From Eukaryota sp. TZLM1-RC (Eukaryota; Protista; Metamonada: BaSk clade), in NCBI GenBank assembly GCA_040285825.1, contig JAUPSS010000004.1, positions 3,997,784 through 4,061,783 on the forward strand: a stretch of DNA of 64,000 nucleotides, given 5' to 3'. This document shows, piece after piece, positions 46,010-56,117 of this stretch; position 1 is the first letter of the stretch; each line of letters starts with the position of its first letter. The position numbers were made by a program, and so were the translations under genes. The notes beneath the pieces are model-generated. The model saw nothing but the letters and a program-made list of their open reading frames with translations, did not search any database and was not told the origin of the DNA.

Positions 46010-47466
46010 GTAGCATATAAGGATGACTTTTCTGTCATTGCTCCTATTTCAGTTCTAAAAAAATAGCAACCTTTATTCAGCAGAGTTATGAAGATATTGG
46101 TCTCTCATTAAATATATCCAAATGTCTGATTATTGGCCATGAACCAATTGATTTTATCATTAATAATGTCAATGTCCCCTTCATCAATTATGATCAGTCT
46201 GGTTTTCGTTTTTTGGGGTTGTTAATTCGGAAATATTGAAGATGTCAAAAGACAACTTTCGATTCTGTTGACTCAATTTGGAAATGAATTAGAATCAATA
46301 GAAAATTTAAATATTGAAAAACATTTGAAATTCTTTTTCCTAAAAATTTGTTATTCTGGAAAATTTACTCATATTTTGAGATCAACATCGACATTAGTGT
46401 CTTTGGAATTTTGTCGAATTTTCAATGAACAAGGAACCAATTTTTTGGCAAAATTATTGGAAATTGATGCATCTCAGTTACGAAGCCACATTTTTTGTGG
46501 TACTGTGTTTGGTGGTGTTGATTTTCATAAATCAAGCTATCTTTGTAAAGCTGCCTTTATTGGAGGTGGAAAAATCTTTATTTTTGAAATTGTGAATTGC
46601 TTTCCAGGAAAAATTGATCTCATTAAAATCTCTGGTAGTTCTTATCTTATTTCTTTGCAACAGAAAATTGAAACTCTTTCACCAAATATTTGGTCAAAAT
46701 GTTTTCCCTCTGATATTGTGGAACTTCTTCCAAGAACCTTGCTCTCTTTACCACTGACTTTTGCAAAATTGCAATAAAAAGTCTTAAAAGTTTAAGAAAA
46801 CTTGGATTGTTCTGTACGTCTTAGCTTGGCTAAAGAAAAAAATCCCGTTTTTGCAAACTTTTTGATTGATCTTGAAGACAGTTGCTCAAGTTGCCTAATT
46901 TCCCAAATTCCCAACATTTACGGCCTTCTACTTAATGATCACCAATGGACCACTGCAATAAGAATGAGATGTTTCTTAAGGCCGTGTTCGTTACCAAATG
47001 ATTTAATTTGTCGCTGCAAGAGTGTGGTTACTCTTTTCCATATTATAAATTGCAAATATTTTATAACTTAATGCTCAATTGTTCATGACTCAGTCCGTGA
47101 TCAATTATATGCCGCGTGCAAAAGTTTCAATATAGAGGTATTTATTGAACCTTTAGTTCGTAAGCTATCTCCAGATCAAACTGATAATTCCTTTGGTAAA
47201 AGAAGGGCAGATTTAGTAGCTCAGGGGATCGATGGTGTTCTCAATGTTGTGGATGTTGTCTCAGTAGATGTCTGCAAAAATTCTGCTGCTCGTTTGGTGT
47301 ATTCCGCTGATTCGCCGCTATCTAACGCCGAAAAAAAATAAAAAAATATGAAGAACCATTGGCACAATTAGGTAGAGTCGAACATGTGATATATCAGTTT
47401 GTGCCGTTGCAATTTTTTCTTTTTGGCAATATTGGACCTTCAGGGTTACACTTTTTTGAAAACTTT

Positions 47467-49988
47467 TTTTTAACCTACTAATTTTTATTCAACAACAAAT
47501 ATTAAATTCACAATTAAAACTCCACATCCTCAAAACCTGCCTCCCCTACATCAAAACAATTAATTGCTCAAGATTCAGAAAATTTCCCAAAAGAAGATAG
47601 TGAATCAGAAATTAGTTTTACCATTCCCTTAAAAATAGAAAATACAATCCTGTTTTGCCAGTGAACACGATTGAAAATTCTTCCAGTTCTTTCCTTTACA
47701 ACTACAACAAAATCCTCGAGGAAAGCCATAGCAGCCTTACCTAGAGATCCAAGCAAAGAAAAAACAAATGGACATAAATTATATTGGGCATGAGAATTTT
47801 CATTAACCGAGGAAATGGGTTTCGCATATTTAGCAATTTTATATTTTTCGCCTGCAAGAAGAGGATTATTTACATCCGAGTTAATGAGATGTTCGTTAGA
47901 GGAATTACAAGGGTCAATAGACATGGCGTCTGAAATAGTAAAACTACCATTTAAACCAGGAACAACTAGATCACCTCTAGTCAGACCCATAGAAGCTCTG
48001 TTGTAACGCGTACTATCAATATTGGGATCATCAAGAATTAATTTTGATAACAGCGGTTCTAAAAAGGAATCTACTCGATATGATTTGCACATTACATAAA
48101 TTTGGTCCCTGACGTTATTATGCACTTTGCTTCTAAACGTAATGAAATGTTTGCAGTTCAAAAGATGAGTAAACAAAAGAGGTTTACCACATTTACAAGT
48201 TAAATGATTGGGCAAATTGTTTGGCCACAGAAAACAACGAAAACGCATGTTTAGAAGCCATTCATTGTTTTTTAACAAAAGTCCATAAACAGAGGGAACT
48301 TGAGTTACTAAAGCAGCAGCTGAACTATCACGAATATCCTTTAAAAAATTACCGAAAGCGGGATTTTTAGTTTTGGCCAAGCCAAGTCTTACTTCATAAT
48401 CCAAGCCTTCATATAATTTAACCAGATGGTGCTGAAACTTTTTCAAGCAAAAACGTAAATTTGGAAGTGATCGGGTGGGAATTTCTTGAACATTTTGAGG
48501 AAAACACTGAATCCAGATATCACTAAGCAAATTTTCCAATTCAAATTGCAGTTGATTCAAGTAAAAATTTGATTCACCATTGATCAGATGAACATCAAAA
48601 GGGAACCTTTGGAAAAATTCAAAAACAAAATTTTTACCACCTCCCAAAAATGCTGCTTTACACAGAATCGAAGATTTGGTGAATCCAATTCCACCCAAAT
48701 CTGCTGAACAAAATACATGACTTCGAATTAAAGATTCATTTACTTCTAATAAAGAAGAAAAAAATTTGACTCGAAGTTTGTTAAAAGATCTGCAAAAATT
48801 GAGAGATACCGAAGGGGGAGTTGACCTTAAAATATGAGTGAATTTTCCAGAATAACAAATTTTTAAAATAAAAAATTTGATGTGTTTCTCAATGTCACAT
48901 TCAGCAATAAAACTAAGATCCTTGTCAAACTTCTCCAATAAATTGTTTAACTAGGAATAAATTTCATCCAAATTGCCAAGCCAACATCCATGAAACTTAA
49001 AAGCTTGTTGGTCGTAATTGATAAAAGGAATCTGAGCTCCACCAATCATCAAAGATTGTTTTTCTTTACCAATCAAGAGACATTTAGATGGGTTCAAAGC
49101 TAAACCAATTTCTTTGTATTTCGCCGCAATGTCTTCAGAAACCCTAGAAATGCTTTCAAAAGAACCAATAATAGAAATGTCATCCATATAGGCAACAATA
49201 CGCAAATCAGGGAAATCTTGTTGTGTCATTTTAATAATATTATGAATAACCAAACAAAACAGCAAAGGGCCAAGAGGATCACCTTGTTTCACACCAGAAG
49301 AAGATTCAAGGGTAAAGGAGTCAAAAATTAAGTCTGATTTTTTTCCATAAAATAAATAAAAATATGCAGAAAGTTCAGGAAAATCATGAAGAAGCACATC
49401 AAAAATACAATTACGTTTCACAGAATTGAAAGCATTTTTGAAATCCAAATTGAAAATATATTGATGTTGTTGACTATTGAAAAAAACATCTGAAGTCATT
49501 GAAGCAACAGAAGCACCTTCAACAGTTTTTATACCAAATTGGAAAGGCTTCAAATAGTCCCTTGCTTTAGTAGAAATTCTGTTAAAAATAAGCGAAGAAA
49601 GCAATCTGGTTAATGACTCTCCAATAGCAATTGGTCTAACTCCATCAGGTTTGTCACCTTTACCAGGTTTAACTAAAGCAACTAAACGGGCAGCAGTCAA
49701 TTCAGGCGGAGGAACATAATTCAAACACATTAAATTTTGAAAATAGGAAGCAAGATCCTCAACAATTTCAGGAGCATTTTTACAGGCAGTTTTCAACAAA
49801 TCAAAGGAAATGCCTGAAGGACCAGCAGCTTTTCCTTTTGGTAATTTAGCAACGGCATTCAATACTTCTTGAGCCTGAAATGGATTTTCGAGCCAATATT
49901 GACAAATAGAAGGCTTACTGGGGCAAGGATTTTCAGTTGGATGGAGGGATTTCAATTTTTCAACAGTTTCGAGATTGTTATCAGCCAG
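47467..49988 (-). mobile_element. 5'-truncated CRE-like RLE retrotransposon, family B (RT, CCHC, RLE)
   Basis: 'RPIAIGE', 'DFKNAFNSV', 'GVKQGDPLGP', 'YMDD'; one in-frame TAG at 48951; 14-bp TSD TTTTTGAAAACTTT (47453-47466, 49989-50002); short A tail. Confidence 0.92.
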
Positions 49989-51419
49989 TTTTTGAAAACT
50001 TTAAAAAAAGTTTTACTGAATAGATCTGGTAACAAAATGAATTCCACTTTTTGGTTAAATAAAATTGTTTTTTGCATTTTCAAGTCTATTCCAACAAAGA
50101 TTTCTAAAACGCTTTTAGCTATTGATGTAGAATATGAACGAAATGCTGTGAGTAGGTTTATTAATAGTGATGGTTGTTTGGAGGACATTGAATACTAGAT
50201 AGAATTTTATTTCAATAAAAATACCGTACATAAAAAATGCCTGTGACATAACCCGTGAGGGGAGACAAGGCTCGTCTTTTCATACTGTTGGGCGAGACAC
50301 CCTCTAGGAATGACACTATAATTTAGCCACAACGGAGGATAAAAGCAGCAATTTCATTGGATAGTTGCACAACAGGTTCTAAGAGGATACGCTCAAAGGT
50401 ACGTTGGTGATAACGTCGGGGATATCACCACTAATGTCCAGCAGAGTTTCACATCTGGCTTTGGTGAACTCAAGCCACTCGTTGGCAAAGGCGGCAACTC
50501 TAGGTGAGAATGTTGCCCAGCGCAAGACAGAGGAGGCATAGGTTTTGGGTGCTGGACACCCCAAGCAATGGGAGCACGTTGTAAAGAAGTTTTGTTTCCA
50601 GCACACCGGTTCATCTGTCAAAAGACGGCGGTGTGCTTCCGCAAACCGACGGGCTGTCGCAGAAACAAAAGATAAATAGCACCACGGGCGAACCCCTCGG
50701 CCTCCAGTACGGCGGCTTAATGAACGCAGTGGTGGAAAAGGCCAGCTCGGGCGTGACGACAGAACAAAAAGAGTGTCGTAAACAGCAGCCTCTTTAACGA
50801 AGGGCTGTCGGTTTGGAGGCACCGAAAACATCACAAAGTCACAACACAGTTCCCAGAAATTTGTAGTTTCGATGTGTTCGTATAATATTTCAACAATTTT
50901 GATTGTATACTTTTACATCAGACTTACCTGAATGTACCATTTCCACTAATATAATAGATTCATGCGTGTTGAGATTGATTAACAAATGATTTTATTTGTA
51001 AAAATTATACCATCGACTAGGTACCAAGTTCTTCAACCACAAACAGTTTATAATCAATACCTGTTAAAGCTACAAAAATAAACAAAGAATAATCTGGTCG
51101 GAATTGTTTCAGATATAATGAAATAAACAACAAAATTGATCAAAATCAGATCAAGATTAAGTAACTATCCTTATCAAAACTCATAGGAACTCATCATGAA
51201 CTCAATGAATTCAGCAATGACGCCGGGATTACTGGGGAAAAGTGTATAAAAAGAGTTCTGATAAGTACTCATTATCTTCTGAAACCGGCAGAACATACTG
51301 GTAAAAGCAATAGACTGTAGGGCGAGTTGATACACATATCCCGTGCAGTGTCCAGTTAGAATTGATATTGCTTTAACTTTTTGCTGCTGTACAGTGAATC
51401 TGATTTTTGACCTTCTTCA

Positions 51420-54400
51420 ATGATGTTTTCTTCCACAATTGTCCTCTTCACATTTTGTCTTCTGTATGTTGCTGCACAACAGGATTGGTCTGACTCACTT
51501 CCCCAACGCCCTCACTCTTTTGCTTGTAATGTAGCTGGACTTGACCGCTTTGTAAGTGTCGCTGACACAATTTCCGCTATGCACTCCATTCAATTCGGTG
51601 AAAAACCTCGCTTACTTTCTTCACAAAACCTTATAAATTGTGGTATCGAAGCAAAGTATTCCTCGTTTAACAATCTTCTTTATGGTTCAGTATTTACTTC
51701 TCTTGAAGCTGCCATTAAAACTGGTGTTTATTATGAAAAATTCTATCAACGTCTTTCTTGCCGACCAAGGAGTTGTCCTTCTGATGATTCCTATCCTGAT
51801 CACCAATCACTTAAACTTGCCTCCTACAACCATCTTTTCGACCCTACTTTACTTGACATTCAGGCCCGACTGATCCATGGTCCTTTGGGCATAGCTTTTA
51901 CTCACAAACAGGAAGTCAAGTTTGGGGTATTGTATCAGATTACTGACAATGGTAATTTCAGTGTTCGGCACTTGAGAGAGCATCTAAGCCTTGAATTCAA
52001 CCAAGCCCCTATCCACCTAGTCTTTCAGCCCTATTTTTTCCCAATAGAATCAAGTTTACCTTTAACTTCAAGGCATTTAAATATCTCCATTGTTCAGGAA
52101 GATCCTTTTGTAAGTAAATTTAAATTCAGTCCAATGACCTTGGCACATTCCAATATCACTATTCAAAACAAACTTACCTTAAGGGGACATCCTTTGGTAA
52201 CTAGTTTTAATCTTACCCTTTCTTTCAAACAGCTTTCCCAGCCTGTTTTGGTCAAACAGTATAGTAAAGGTCAAGAAGAATGGGTGGTTGTTAAGAAATT
52301 AGATTTTACTGAGGAAAAGAAAACTATCACGATTGAGATTGATAATCAATCTCTTTTGATTGATTTTGGTGTCGATATCACAGGGTTTCTGACTGCCTCA
52401 ATCAATCCTCTCGATTCAAAGTTAGTTTCCTTTTCCAATCAAGTTCTTGATTCAACCCAAACCATACTAGCAAATGGGTTGGAATTGGGTTTGACTTGGC
52501 GACAACGAAGTATTTCTAATTTAGATTTGTTTTATTTCACCAGCAGCAACCCTTTTGTCAAAAAAGTTTCTGCTGAATTTAATTCTTCTTCAGTACGTTT
52601 TTTTGTCAATTCTACAATGACCGATGGTTCTAAAGTTTTCTATTTTTTGTTAAGTAAAGATAAGACTGTTCAGAGTGAGATCATTTACTTTGATACTGAT
52701 TCCAATAAAAAGGTCTATGCCTACCAACAGGGGACCGCTGCTTTGGATTTCTCCAAGTATAGTTTGTTTGTTTTTGCTCCTACCCAACACCATGATAGTT
52801 ATCGAGCAATTTCATTCACAATTGAAGAAGTAAACCTTTATTCTAATGAAAGCTGCCCGGTTGAATTACAATTCAGAACTAAGCCATTCCCTGAAGGATC
52901 TGTGTTGTCTTCAATTCAAGGAACTAGCCTTCCTCAACCACCTTATTTCAACACTCCTTCCACTGTGTATGCCGAACTTCTTTCTCCATGCAAGCTCCAC
53001 AAGCCAAAGCTATGGTCAGTGGTTCGTTACATTGGTGAGCATGAGAGAGAATGTTTACATGGAACCAGAGACTCCTCTGGAAACTGTATTTGTGATTTGG
53101 GGTTTAAGGGGAAGGATTGTGATGGAAACCAAACCTCTACTGTGGAATATATTGGGGAAGGAGAGGTGACTCATTCTTCAATTTTTAGAACAACTTTGCT
53201 ATCTCAATCTTTGATAGCTTATGGTGGAATTGATTCAAATGGAAACTTCATCAACCAGTTCCACTCACTAAACACAACTACAGGTGCCCTTGAACCTTTG
53301 CCAGAGCTCCCTGAAGGTCCTTATCTCTCCTCGGCCACTGCACATGTTGTTAACAAGGCGGTTTATTTTGTTGGTGGTTATTCGCTTAATCAAAAGCTTT
53401 CAAAGGACATATACTGCTTTGATATTGACACAGGCTCTTGGTCAGTCGATTATCACTTGCCTGAAGGCAGCATTGGCCATTGTAGTACTGTCGTTTACGA
53501 TTCTATTTACATCTTTGGAGGTTCTGGGTTTGCTGAAGGACTGCACGTATTCGATACAAGAAGTTCAACAATGCGTAAGGTCTTGCTTCCTTCATCACCA
53601 CCACCTCTTGAAAAGTGTATTTCCTTTGCTTATAATGGAGAGGTCTACGTGGGTCTTGGTAATATTAAAACCTTTACTGGAACCACATTTGTAAACGATA
53701 GGCTTTGGAGGCTTGATCCTTCTGAAACTCAATGGCGATCTATTTCTCTTTCTTCGTCTAGTGTCTCTTCGAGGAGCCCTGCTTCGTTGCATACTTATTC
53801 CTACATGAATAGTACTGCTGGATTGCTCTATGTGCTTGCATTAGATGATGGAGAAGATACCAAGCTCTCTGTGATTTCTTTGCCATCACGAACATATGTA
53901 CAACTGCACGTTCCTGAATTACAGAGCCTAACGAGTGATCATTCATACACAATTTCTTTCTTGAGGAATGGCCAGTTGATTCTTACTTCATCAAGTTCAA
54001 AATCATTTATTATATCAACCTCAATGGTGTTTGATCCTGAAGATGAAAATTTTGATTTTTGGGGGAAAGGCTGGTCAAGAATTCTATCTTCTAACGGAGA
54101 TCGATTATTCATCACTGGGCTCCACAATGTACCTTCCTTACACTTGCTACGTGCTCGGTTGCAGGGTGGTGTTAAACTCATGAGCAACCACAGCCTGTTA
54201 TCTTCCAAAGACAAAATTGAAAGGGTTGGGGAGAGCCAAAGAGTGTTGGTTGATCTCAATCCTGTTGCGTTCTCTGAGAGTACACTTTCCCTAACTGTTC
54301 CACCTCTTCCTTCTGGTAAGTATCTTCTCAGTGTTGATGGTAATTCCTTCTCTTCCAGTGTTGATCTTGCCATTGCTGGTTGTAAAAGGGGCGAAGTGAA

Positions 54401-55841
54401 TGTTCCTTTTGTTGGTTGTAAAAAGTGTTCATCTGGAACTGTCAACTTTAATTTAACTGATACTTGTTATGCGTGTCCCGATGGTGCACAATGCAGTGGT
54501 GGAAGCTCCTTCTCTGCACTTCCCGGCTACGTCAGGCAACATGTCAACTCTACCGCTATCCACAGATGTGCTTCCTTGTCCCATTGTCCAGGTGGTGAAG
54601 AAGTTAAGTGCATGGAAGGTACCAGAGGCTTTCTGTGTGGATCTTGCGAAGACATGTTTATCAGAGTGGATGATAACTTCAACAGTCGTTGTCGAGCTTG
54701 CCCGAGTTTACTTCGAAGTTTATTGTACGCCTTACTCTTTATTGCTGTTTCGTATATCGCCATTATATTTATCTTGCGAAATCGATCGATGATCAACTTC
54801 GCCCCTGTCAGAATTGTTATTTCATTCTTCCAAACCAGTGGTTTTTTGCTCCATACTGCCGCCGCCCCTCTTCCCTCTTTCATATCTGATGCGGTGTTCA
54901 GGTTCCTCAGCATGTTGTTGATTGATCCATTAACTACTTTTTCGGTGGAGTGTTTGCTGATGAGGTATTTTTCCATTCGATTATCTTTTGCATTGAAGAC
55001 TTCTATAATGATGCTCTTACCAATTGTTTTGTTTGTCATTGTTTTCAAAATAGTCTTGAATAAACCCTCAATTCAAGCGTTGAATCCGACTCAGCGAAGA
55101 GTTTTTGTTACAAAGTGGCTCGTTTTTCTTGCTTCGATAGTTCAGCCTCAATTCTCCTCCCGAGCTGCTGCCTCTCTTCGCAGTGTTATTGCTCCAGACA
55201 CCCTGGAACAACCCTCTTACGGTGAATCACTGAGGTTCCGAATTGATACATCACTGCTCTTTTATGACCCCACCTACATGTCCTTTCGGTACTTAATGTT
55301 GGTAATTTTGTTCTTCACACTAGTACTACCATTATTGTTTTTCATAATAGCTCATAGACTCAAGAAAAACTCTTCTCCACTGTTTGATGGCTTTTCCACT
55401 CTCACTTGTGGTTATCAACAACAATACTGGTTCTGGGAGTTTACTGAAATGACCAGAAGAACATCCATGCTTGCACTCTATGTTTTGGTACCTTTTGAAT
55501 TGGCCTTAGTGTTTACATCATTGATTTCGTTTGTTATGTTGGAAGCCCATCTACTCTTTCAGCCCTTTAATGATATTAAGCTTCAGTCCATGCAGACAAT
55601 TTCCCTTACCTTAACCTTTTTGAGCGAATTTTTGAGGAGTTCAAGTTTTTTACCAATTATAAGTGATAATACCACTTTTTTCTTTGTAATTGGGTTGATC
55701 ATGATAGTCATTGTTCTTCTTAGCTCCATTATAGCGATTAAACAGTTTATGGGAGAAGTCCCTCTTCTTCTAAAAGGAATTAAAAATCTTTTTGCGACAA
55801 AGCCTTTAGAAGAATGTATGTTAACGGCAGACAACTTGTAA
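51420..55841 (+). CDS. large multi-pass membrane protein: signal peptide, degenerate papain-like domain, EGF, Kelch repeats, Cys-rich region, about 7-8 TM
   Basis: 'LSSQNLINC', 'HGPLGIAF', 'CICDLGFKGKDC', 'YGG/VGG/FGG' Kelch blades, 'C..CP.GA.C.GG', 'YWFWEF.EM.RR'. Confidence 0.8.
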   Translation: MMFSSTIVLFTFCLLYVAAQQDWSDSLPQRPHSFACNVAGLDRFVSVADTISAMHSIQFGEKPRLLSSQNLINCGIEAKYSSFNNLLYGSVFTSLEAAIKTGVYYEKFYQRLSCRPRSCPSDDSYPDHQSLKLASYNHLFDPTLLDIQARLIHGPLGIAFTHKQEVKFGVLYQITDNGNFSVRHLREHLSLEFNQAPIHLVFQPYFFPIESSLPLTSRHLNISIVQEDPFVSKFKFSPMTLAHSNITIQNKLTLRGHPLVTSFNLTLSFKQLSQPVLVKQYSKGQEEWVVVKKLDFTEEKKTITIEIDNQSLLIDFGVDITGFLTASINPLDSKLVSFSNQVLDSTQTILANGLELGLTWRQRSISNLDLFYFTSSNPFVKKVSAEFNSSSVRFFVNSTMTDGSKVFYFLLSKDKTVQSEIIYFDTDSNKKVYAYQQGTAALDFSKYSLFVFAPTQHHDSYRAISFTIEEVNLYSNESCPVELQFRTKPFPEGSVLSSIQGTSLPQPPYFNTPSTVYAELLSPCKLHKPKLWSVVRYIGEHERECLHGTRDSSGNCICDLGFKGKDCDGNQTSTVEYIGEGEVTHSSIFRTTLLSQSLIAYGGIDSNGNFINQFHSLNTTTGALEPLPELPEGPYLSSATAHVVNKAVYFVGGYSLNQKLSKDIYCFDIDTGSWSVDYHLPEGSIGHCSTVVYDSIYIFGGSGFAEGLHVFDTRSSTMRKVLLPSSPPPLEKCISFAYNGEVYVGLGNIKTFTGTTFVNDRLWRLDPSETQWRSISLSSSSVSSRSPASLHTYSYMNSTAGLLYVLALDDGEDTKLSVISLPSRTYVQLHVPELQSLTSDHSYTISFLRNGQLILTSSSSKSFIISTSMVFDPEDENFDFWGKGWSRILSSNGDRLFITGLHNVPSLHLLRARLQGGVKLMSNHSLLSSKDKIERVGESQRVLVDLNPVAFSESTLSLTVPPLPSGKYLLSVDGNSFSSSVDLAIAGCKRGEVNVPFVGCKKCSSGTVNFNLTDTCYACPDGAQCSGGSSFSALPGYVRQHVNSTAIHRCASLSHCPGGEEVKCMEGTRGFLCGSCEDMFIRVDDNFNSRCRACPSLLRSLLYALLFIAVSYIAIIFILRNRSMINFAPVRIVISFFQTSGFLLHTAAAPLPSFISDAVFRFLSMLLIDPLTTFSVECLLMRYFSIRLSFALKTSIMMLLPIVLFVIVFKIVLNKPSIQALNPTQRRVFVTKWLVFLASIVQPQFSSRAAASLRSVIAPDTLEQPSYGESLRFRIDTSLLFYDPTYMSFRYLMLVILFFTLVLPLLFFIIAHRLKKNSSPLFDGFSTLTCGYQQQYWFWEFTEMTRRTSMLALYVLVPFELALVFTSLISFVMLEAHLLFQPFNDIKLQSMQTISLTLTFLSEFLRSSSFLPIISDNTTFFFVIGLIMIVIVLLSSIIAIKQFMGEVPLLLKGIKNLFATKPLEECMLTADNL

Positions 55842-55982
55842 ATAGTTTGTAATAAATGGATTGGTGTCTTTCAAGTTTCTTTATTGGAAAACGACTAATG
55901 TACATAGAAGATAAGCTTACACTCAATAAGTTCAACAATGAAATCAAGATAGATACACTACCTAGACAACTGCGTTAAGAAA

Positions 55983-56117
55983 TTAAGGCTTTGTGTGAGA
56001 AGAGGATGATGCCTCCAAAGCAGCATTGATCTTGGATTTTTCAGAAGCAAGATGCCGAAGGAGAAGGTCCTTGTATTCCATCAAGGCAACAGAGACTTCG
56101 AGTGTAGACGAGTCCAT
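55983..56117 (-). CDS. putative 44-aa protein (MDSSTLEV...HTKP)
   Basis: ATG at 56117 is directly preceded by the same Fanzor-end motif that precedes three longer genes; family not recognised. Confidence 0.35.
   Translation of the reverse strand: MDSSTLEVSVALMEYKDLLLRHLASEKSKINAALEASSSSHTKP

Larger units (their letters stand above)
38243..50225 (+). mobile_element. CRE-like RLE family A copy in three pieces (38243-38356, 46010-47466, 49989-50225), split by two nested insertions
   Basis: 'SSGVKQGDPLGP...NIV' | 'VAYKDD' ... CCHC/RLE ... 'LHFFEN' | 'FKKVLLNRSG...CLEDIEY*'; collinear with 12781-13752. Confidence 0.88.

Noticed and set aside
23624-55834. Many antisense or overlapping ORFs in the track (e.g. 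23624-24010, 41680-42093, 53939-54445, 54527-55048)
   Set aside because: Shadows of long real CDSs, with no independent motifs; many start at TTG/GTG, which is unlikely in a eukaryote.
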